64,000 nucleotides of DNA from positions 329,680 through 393,679 of the forward strand of contig CAYSSX010000002.1 of NCBI GenBank assembly GCA_964434115.1, in the 5' to 3' direction. This document shows positions 58,825 through 64,000 of the stretch, piece after piece. A program made the translations under genes and the position numbers. Positions within the stretch are counted from its first letter, which is position 1. Every line of letters begins with the position of its first letter. The notes beneath the pieces are model-generated. The model ran no database searches. It was not told the origin of the DNA and saw only the letters and a list, made by a program, of their open reading frames with translations. The DNA comes from an uncultured bacterium (GTDB lineage: Bacteria > Omnitrophota > Omnitrophia > Omnitrophales > Aquincolibacteriaceae).

Positions 58825-60027
58825 GTGACTATGTTTTTTCAACGAGCTTCCTTTTTCCTTCTCCTGTTTGTTTCCGTTTTTTCTGTGGCCGGAAACAGCG
58901 CCCCCGAGATCAAAAAATCAGAACTGCCTCTGCCTGCTCAGGGTGAAGACTATGATTTGATCCGTGTTCTTGTCCAAAAAGACAGCGAATCGCTTATGAT
59001 TGAAACGGATGCCCCGTACCAGCTTTTTGATGAACGCGGTGCTCTCCTTTTTCAGGGCAGCCGCATCGTTGCGACACGTGTCAGTTCCACGGAAGACGGA
59101 ATCCAGATTGGGCGGCAGGCATTTAAAACAAATCTGATCCGCGTGCAAATTCAAGAAGGAGAAATTATTGTCGGCCGCAGGGCGTATCATCATTCTTTAG
59201 ACATTATCCGAGACGACAAAGGCCGCCTTAAAGCGATCAGTGAGCTTTCGCTCGAAGAATATCTCAAAGGGGTTCTTCCGGTGGAAGCAAGCCCTGCCTG
59301 GCCGATGAATGTTCTTAAGGCGCACGCCATTGTGTCCAGAACCTACGCCCTTTTTAGCATGCTTGAAAATCCTGACAGGCGCTATGCGGTCTCGGCTGAT
59401 GTTTCAAGCCAGGTTTATGGCGGACTCGGGACGCACAGTCCCGCAACGGATGCCGCGGTGGATGCGACGCGAGGGCAAATTCTGACTTATAAAGGGAAAA
59501 TTTTCCCGGCCTATTTTCATTCGACTTGCGGCGGGCACACTGCCCGCGCGGATAAAGTCTGGACCATTCAAAAGCATCCCTGCCTCATGGGGGTGAAATG
59601 TGATTTTTGCCGGGGGTCTAAAAATTACCGCTGGGACACCCAGTTTACGCTAAAGCAGATTGAGGCCCGGCTGAAAAAAAATGGCTTTAACGTGGCGGGT
59701 GTAACGGGGCTGGCTGCCCAGAATGCTAAGGACGAATCCGGAAGAGTCATGTATTTTGACGTCACGGACTCGAAGGGGGTCAAACGGATTTCCTCAAACG
59801 GGCTCCGCATGTTTTTGAGTCCTTCCCATTTTAAGAGTACGCTTATTACCTCCACGAAACGGGTGGGGACAGCCTATTATTTTCAAGGCAAAGGCTGGGG
59901 GCACGGTGTGGGATTGTGCCAATATGGGGCCAAGAAACTCGCTGAGCTAGGGTATAACTACAAGCAAATCCTCTCTTTTTATTACCCGCAGTCCAGCATT
60001 ACAACTTTCCCAAGCCCCGGCAGCTGA
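58825..60027 (+). CDS. SpoIID/LytB-domain protein (peptidoglycan remodelling / amidase enhancer)
   Basis: 400 aa. Signal peptide. Conserved SpoIID block FPAYFHSTCGGHTA and C-terminal GHGVGLCQYGA. Confidence 0.75.
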   Translation: MTMFFQRASFFLLLFVSVFSVAGNSAPEIKKSELPLPAQGEDYDLIRVLVQKDSESLMIETDAPYQLFDERGALLFQGSRIVATRVSSTEDGIQIGRQAFKTNLIRVQIQEGEIIVGRRAYHHSLDIIRDDKGRLKAISELSLEEYLKGVLPVEASPAWPMNVLKAHAIVSRTYALFSMLENPDRRYAVSADVSSQVYGGLGTHSPATDAAVDATRGQILTYKGKIFPAYFHSTCGGHTARADKVWTIQKHPCLMGVKCDFCRGSKNYRWDTQFTLKQIEARLKKNGFNVAGVTGLAAQNAKDESGRVMYFDVTDSKGVKRISSNGLRMFLSPSHFKSTLITSTKRVGTAYYFQGKGWGHGVGLCQYGAKKLAELGYNYKQILSFYYPQSSITTFPSPGS

Positions 60028-60150
60028 TTCAAAGCGGTTGAATCAAGTGTCCGAATTTGTCATACTTACCAGAATTTCCGATGCCCCGGACGAGCCCTTG
60101 TAAGCGTCCCGGCATACCCGGCATACAAAGTCTTAGAAGTGAAAGTTACT

Positions 60151-60224
60151 GCGCCCGTAGCTCAATTGGATAGAGCGTCGCCCTCCGGAGGCGAAGGTTA
60201 CTGGTTCGACCCCAGTCGGGCGCA
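60151..60224 (+). tRNA. tRNA-Arg (anticodon CCG)
   Basis: 74-nt cloverleaf folded by hand. Acceptor gcgcccg/cgggcgc. D arm gctc-aattggata-gagc. Anticodon stem tcgcc/ggcga with loop cuCCGga. Variable loop aggtt. T arm actgg-ttcgacc-ccagt. Discriminator a. CCA not encoded. Confidence 0.85.
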
Positions 60225-60366
60225 CTTAAACTTGCTGCTTGAGCATGCTCTTGCCGCGCCTCAAGGAAGACCGCGTTTGAGAGTTGCTTTTTAAATCCCC
60301 CGCGGTTCCCCAGGTATGGCAGTGCCGGTCAGTTTTTGAAAACAACTCTATTCATTAGGTACTCGA

Positions 60367-61041
60367 ATGAAAGCATCCACGATTCTTAACGCGGTCTTGG
60401 CCGTGGTTCTGGCATTTTCCCTGATCTCCGGAGCTTTTTGGGTAAACCGCTGGCTTGAGGAAGCCCGTGTTCTCAGGAAGGTTGTCGAGCGGCTCTCCGC
60501 GGAGTCCCGCATCGCGGAAGTTCTGGTCACAAAAAGTGAGTTTAATGAGCAGACGAAAAAAGTTGAAACCACGATCAAGTTCCTTGAGTACGATGCCAAA
60601 GGAAATCCTCTTTTACCGAAATATTTCACCTTTCACGGAAACGTGATTCAATTTCAATCGCTTGTGATCCGTTTCGCGGATCATTTTGTCAAAACCGGCG
60701 ATAAGCTCAAAGGCAAGAGCGCCTATTTATTTATGAAAGCCTTTGTGCTGGATGACAACCAGACACAGGTTTTTGAAATTACAAAATCGCAGGATATTCC
60801 GACAGGGTATAAGACCGATGAAGTGCGCTCAGAGTTTGAAGCCCGGCTTTGGGAGGATTTTTGGAAGTATGCCTTGGATCCTCAAGCCCGCGAAAGGACA
60901 GGAATCAAAAATGTTCAGGTGGAAGCGCCGGGGTCAATTTTTGTTCCGGGAACTATCTACACGCTTTACATTGAGCATGACGGCGGTATCCGTATTGACA
61001 CCATGCCCGTTCCCGAAATACTGAAAGGCGAAACCGTTTAG
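60367..61041 (+). CDS. Hypothetical membrane-anchored protein
   Basis: 224 aa. N-terminal TM or signal anchor ILNAVLAVVLAFSLISGAFWV. No assignable domain. Confidence 0.4.
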   Translation: MKASTILNAVLAVVLAFSLISGAFWVNRWLEEARVLRKVVERLSAESRIAEVLVTKSEFNEQTKKVETTIKFLEYDAKGNPLLPKYFTFHGNVIQFQSLVIRFADHFVKTGDKLKGKSAYLFMKAFVLDDNQTQVFEITKSQDIPTGYKTDEVRSEFEARLWEDFWKYALDPQARERTGIKNVQVEAPGSIFVPGTIYTLYIEHDGGIRIDTMPVPEILKGETV

Positions 61042-61062
61042 TCCGGAATCCTTTCCTCTTCT

Positions 61063-62121
61063 ATGATAAAAACGGATGCTAAGAACCGCCTTTCTGATTT
61101 TGATTACGAATTGCCCGAAGCCCTGATCGCGGAGTACCCGCCCGAGAAAAGACCGGAAGCGCGGCTCATGAAAATCAGCCGGAAGACAGGCGCGATCGAA
61201 CATCACCGCTTCCATGAAATAGAGTCTTTGCTCCGTCCGGGGGATGTTTTGGTTCTCAATGACACCAAGGTGATTCCCGCGCGGCTTTTGGGGGTCCGGA
61301 AAACGGGCGGGAAAATCGAGGCGCTTCTTCTTCAGGAGTTTGAAGACGGCACCTGGGATGCACTGATAAAGCCCTCCAGCCGGGTCTCGCCGGGGGATAA
61401 GGTTTGTTTTGAAGGCGAAGGGGAGATTCTTGAGGGAGAAGTTCTGGATGGCCCGCGTGCGGGAAGCGGGGCGCGTAGAATTCGCTTCCTGGGGCCAGAG
61501 GTAAAGGCGAAGATTTGGAAGACTGGCCGCATGCCTTTGCCGCCCTATATACGCCGTGAGGACAAACCCTCAGACCGCCGGGATTATCAAACTGTTTTTG
61601 CCCGTGCCGAAGGGGCCATTGCCGCGCCTACCGCAGGACTTCATTTCGATGAAGCCTTGCTTGAAAAATTAAAACAGCGCGGCATTGAGATTGCGATGGT
61701 GACGCTTCATACAGGTTACGGAACTTTCCAGCCTGTGAATACAGAGAACATTCTGGAACACCGGATGTTTGAAGAGCGTTTTGAGATTTCTCCGGAAACC
61801 GCAGCTTGCATCAACCGGGCAAAACAGGAAGACCGCCGTGTTATAGCCTGCGGCACAACGTCTGTGCGCGCGCTGGAGTCGGCCGCTGGAAAAGACGGGC
61901 GGGTCAGTCCTCAAAAAGCACAGACCGGACTCTTTATCCATCCGCCGTTTGAATTTAAAGTGACCGATGCGATGATTACGAACTTTCATCTTCCCAAAAG
62001 CACACTTTTGATGCTGGTCAGCGCGCTGATGGGGTATGAGGCGATGCGCGAGGCTTACCGGGTTGCGGTGAGTGAACGTTACCGTTTTTACAGCTATGGC
62101 GATGCCATGCTGATTCTCTGA
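61063..62121 (+). CDS. queA: S-adenosylmethionine:tRNA ribosyltransferase-isomerase
   Basis: 352 aa. N-terminal LSDFDYELPEALIAEYP. Conserved GTTSVR and YRFYSYGDAMLI C-terminus. Confidence 0.9.
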   Translation: MIKTDAKNRLSDFDYELPEALIAEYPPEKRPEARLMKISRKTGAIEHHRFHEIESLLRPGDVLVLNDTKVIPARLLGVRKTGGKIEALLLQEFEDGTWDALIKPSSRVSPGDKVCFEGEGEILEGEVLDGPRAGSGARRIRFLGPEVKAKIWKTGRMPLPPYIRREDKPSDRRDYQTVFARAEGAIAAPTAGLHFDEALLEKLKQRGIEIAMVTLHTGYGTFQPVNTENILEHRMFEERFEISPETAACINRAKQEDRRVIACGTTSVRALESAAGKDGRVSPQKAQTGLFIHPPFEFKVTDAMITNFHLPKSTLLMLVSALMGYEAMREAYRVAVSERYRFYSYGDAMLIL

Positions 62122-62131
62122 GAGGTTTGAG

Positions 62132-63271
62132 TTGAAGACGATGGTTCATGAAACTTTTTTTGGTTTTGAAGTAACGTCAAAAGATACTTCCTGCGGAGCC
62201 CGTACGGGGCGCGTGAAAACTGCGCACGGGGAATTTTTAACGCCTGTTTTTATGCCGGTGGGAACACAAGGAACTGTCAAAGGCCTGCTTCCGCGTGATC
62301 TGGAAGATCTGGGCGCAGAGATTATTTTGTCGAATACTTACCACCTTTACATAAGACCCGGAATCGATATAATCAGGCAGGCCGGAGGGTTACACCGTTT
62401 TATGGCGTGGCGAGGCCCCATTTTAACGGACAGCGGCGGCTATCAGGTCTTCTCACTTAGCCGGCTCCGGCAGATTACGGAAGAAGGCGTTTCTTTCCGT
62501 TCTCACTTTGACGGAAGCGAAATCTTTCTGAGTCCCGAGAAAGTGATGGAGATTCAGGAGGTTATCGGAAGCGATATCGCCATGATCTTTGATGAATGTC
62601 CTCCCGCGACTAAAGACCCCAAGAGAATACGTGAAGCCTGTGCGATCACCACACGATGGGCCGAGAGGGCCAGGAAGTTTCACAGGCTGAAATCGCAGGC
62701 GCTTTTTGGGATTATTCAGGGCGGCGTTTTCCCAGAGATCCGCCTTGAGCACATGCGCCAGATTACGGATATTGGTTTTGACGGCTATGCGCTTGGAGGG
62801 CTTTGTGTCGGGGAATCCAAAGAAGACACTTTCCGGATTTTTCGAGAAATTGTTCCCGCGCTGCCGGAGGAAAAGCCCCGTTATATGATGGGGGTCGGAA
62901 CGCCCATTGACTTTCTCGAGGCTATTGAGCAAGGTGCGGACATGTTTGACTGCGTGACACCTACGCGGTATGGCCGCAACGGCACAGCCTTTACGACGAA
63001 GGGTTTGGTCGTGGTTCGAAACGGCAAGTACCAGTCGGATCAGACGCCCCTTGACGAGACTTGCGGCTGTTATGCCTGCCGGAATTTTTCAAGAAGTTAC
63101 CTCAGGCATCTTTTTAATACGGAAGAAATGGTCGGTCTTCAGCTGGTTTCGATCCACAACGTCTATTTTTTCGTCAATTTCCTGAAATCGATCCGGGAAG
63201 CCATTCAAGCGGGAAAGTTTCTTGAATTTAAAAGAAAATTTACCGACAGCTTTGACGCCGGGTGCCGATAA
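62132..63271 (+). CDS. tgt: Queuine tRNA-ribosyltransferase
   Basis: 379 aa. FMPVGTQGTVKG. Catalytic Asp context ILTDSGGYQ. C-terminal Zn motif CGCYAC...H. Confidence 0.9.
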   Translation: MKTMVHETFFGFEVTSKDTSCGARTGRVKTAHGEFLTPVFMPVGTQGTVKGLLPRDLEDLGAEIILSNTYHLYIRPGIDIIRQAGGLHRFMAWRGPILTDSGGYQVFSLSRLRQITEEGVSFRSHFDGSEIFLSPEKVMEIQEVIGSDIAMIFDECPPATKDPKRIREACAITTRWAERARKFHRLKSQALFGIIQGGVFPEIRLEHMRQITDIGFDGYALGGLCVGESKEDTFRIFREIVPALPEEKPRYMMGVGTPIDFLEAIEQGADMFDCVTPTRYGRNGTAFTTKGLVVVRNGKYQSDQTPLDETCGCYACRNFSRSYLRHLFNTEEMVGLQLVSIHNVYFFVNFLKSIREAIQAGKFLEFKRKFTDSFDAGCR

Positions 63272-63326
63272 TTGAAGCTAACATTTGCCCCGTCTTCAGG
63301 GGTTTGAAACCGAAGGAGTTTAGAAT

Positions 63327-63647
63327 ATGTTTGAAACCCTTATCCACTCCAGCCTGGCAGTTCAGACTGCGGGGCCTGAATCCAATCCTATTACGCTGCT
63401 TTTTCCTTTCATTCTTGTTTTCGGCATCATGTACTTTTTGATCTGGCGCCCGCAGCAAAAGCAGCGTCAGGAACTGCAGAAGACCATTGGCGAATTGAAA
63501 AAAGGCGACCGGGTGGAAACGGTGGGCGGGGTAATCGGTACCGTTGCCGGCATTCAAAAAGATTACGTGGTTCTCAAAGTGGGCGATAACGACAACACCA
63601 AAATGGAAGTCCTGAAAAGCGCCATCAGCGGCTTGAGAAAAGAGTGA
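63327..63647 (+). CDS. yajC: Preprotein translocase subunit YajC
   Basis: 106 aa. Single TM. Conserved LKKGDRVETVGGVIGTV block. Confidence 0.85.
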   Translation: MFETLIHSSLAVQTAGPESNPITLLFPFILVFGIMYFLIWRPQQKQRQELQKTIGELKKGDRVETVGGVIGTVAGIQKDYVVLKVGDNDNTKMEVLKSAISGLRKE

Positions 63648-63656
63648 GGCTGATTT

Positions 63657-64000
63657 ATGGGTAAATATTATAAGTGGAAAGTTCTGCTGATCGTTCTGGT
63701 TGTTGGTTTTTCCATTTGGCGTTTCTACCCTCCGGATCAGAAGATTAATCTGGGGCTTGATCTTCAAGGCGGTATGCAGCTTTTGCTTGAAATTGATACA
63801 AGCAAAATCCCTGAGGACGCCCGTCAGGATGCCACGGACCGTGTGGTTCAAATCATGCGTAACCGTATTGACGAACTTGGTGTTCGTGAACCGGTGATTA
63901 CCAAACAGGGAAGCTATCATGTTGTGATTCAGCTGCCGGGCGTTACCGACCGCGGCCGGGCCAAGGAGATCGTGGGAAAAACGGCCCACCTTGAATTTAA
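63657..64000 (+). CDS. secD: Protein translocase subunit SecD, N-terminal part; the gene continues beyond the window
   Basis: N-terminal TM (WKVLLIVLVVGFSIW), then the conserved LGLDLQGG...VRNRIDELGV block. Classic tgt-yajC-secD order. Confidence 0.85.
   Translation, partial: MGKYYKWKVLLIVLVVGFSIWRFYPPDQKINLGLDLQGGMQLLLEIDTSKIPEDARQDATDRVVQIMRNRIDELGVREPVITKQGSYHVVIQLPGVTDRGRAKEIVGKTAHLEF

Noticed and set aside
60028-60366. tRNA-Arg(CCG) as a possible integration site for a genomic island
   Set aside because: No integrase, excisionase or phage genes, and no direct repeat of the tRNA 3' end, are present on either side. The flanking genes (spoIID-like upstream; hypothetical, queA and tgt downstream) are core-type. 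It looks like an ordinary tRNA locus.

Overview
This 64-kb window is almost entirely coding. About 60 of the roughly 65 genes are on the + strand, and GC content is about 55%. It looks like a core chromosomal region of a Gram-negative-type bacterium, not an accessory island.

Recognisable genes:
- Respiration and cofactor/isoprenoid biosynthesis: nuoA and nuoB (left edge, partial nuoB), thiC, nadA, ispG and ispH.
- Nitrogen and central metabolism: glutamate synthase gltB and gltD, glutamate dehydrogenase gdhA, class II fructose-bisphosphate aldolase.
- DNA repair and transcription: addA and addB, nth, greA.
- Protein quality control and redox: htpX, trxA, grxC.
- tRNA modification and secretion: the queA-tgt-yajC-secD block (secD partial at the right edge), trmI, and one tRNA-Arg(CCG).
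- Phosphate regulation: a phoB-phoR-phoU cluster.

The window is unusually rich in signal transduction. The most notable locus is a five-gene + strand operon at 17824-24570. It encodes an excisionase-type HTH protein, a hybrid kinase with a receiver, PAS domains, the kinase core, a degenerate GGDEF domain and a C-terminal PilZ domain, a single-domain receiver, a receiver-PAS protein, and a second, paralogous membrane kinase that also ends in a degenerate GGDEF-like domain. This looks like a c-di-GMP-coupled phosphorelay. A roughly 75% AT region of about 180 bp (17640-17820) sits just upstream of it.

Other points worth a second look:
- A compact fusion of a P-loop kinase to a dCMP deaminase (37734-38741), reminiscent of AvcD/DCD-type deaminases but translationally coupled to ispH.
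- An orphan prepilin-like gene (24690-25097).
- A futalosine-type radical-SAM gene followed by a ThiF/MoeB-like E1 with an unassigned C-terminal extension (12332-14587).
- A sulfur-transfer cluster of MoeZ(ThiF-rhodanese), a class V aminotransferase and ElbB (27654-30685).
- A PTR1-like pteridine reductase next to a QueD/PTPS gene (47687-48855).
- A long thiC leader (8539-8909) in which I could not recognise a TPP riboswitch by eye.

I saw no CRISPR array, transposase, integrase or clear prophage gene.
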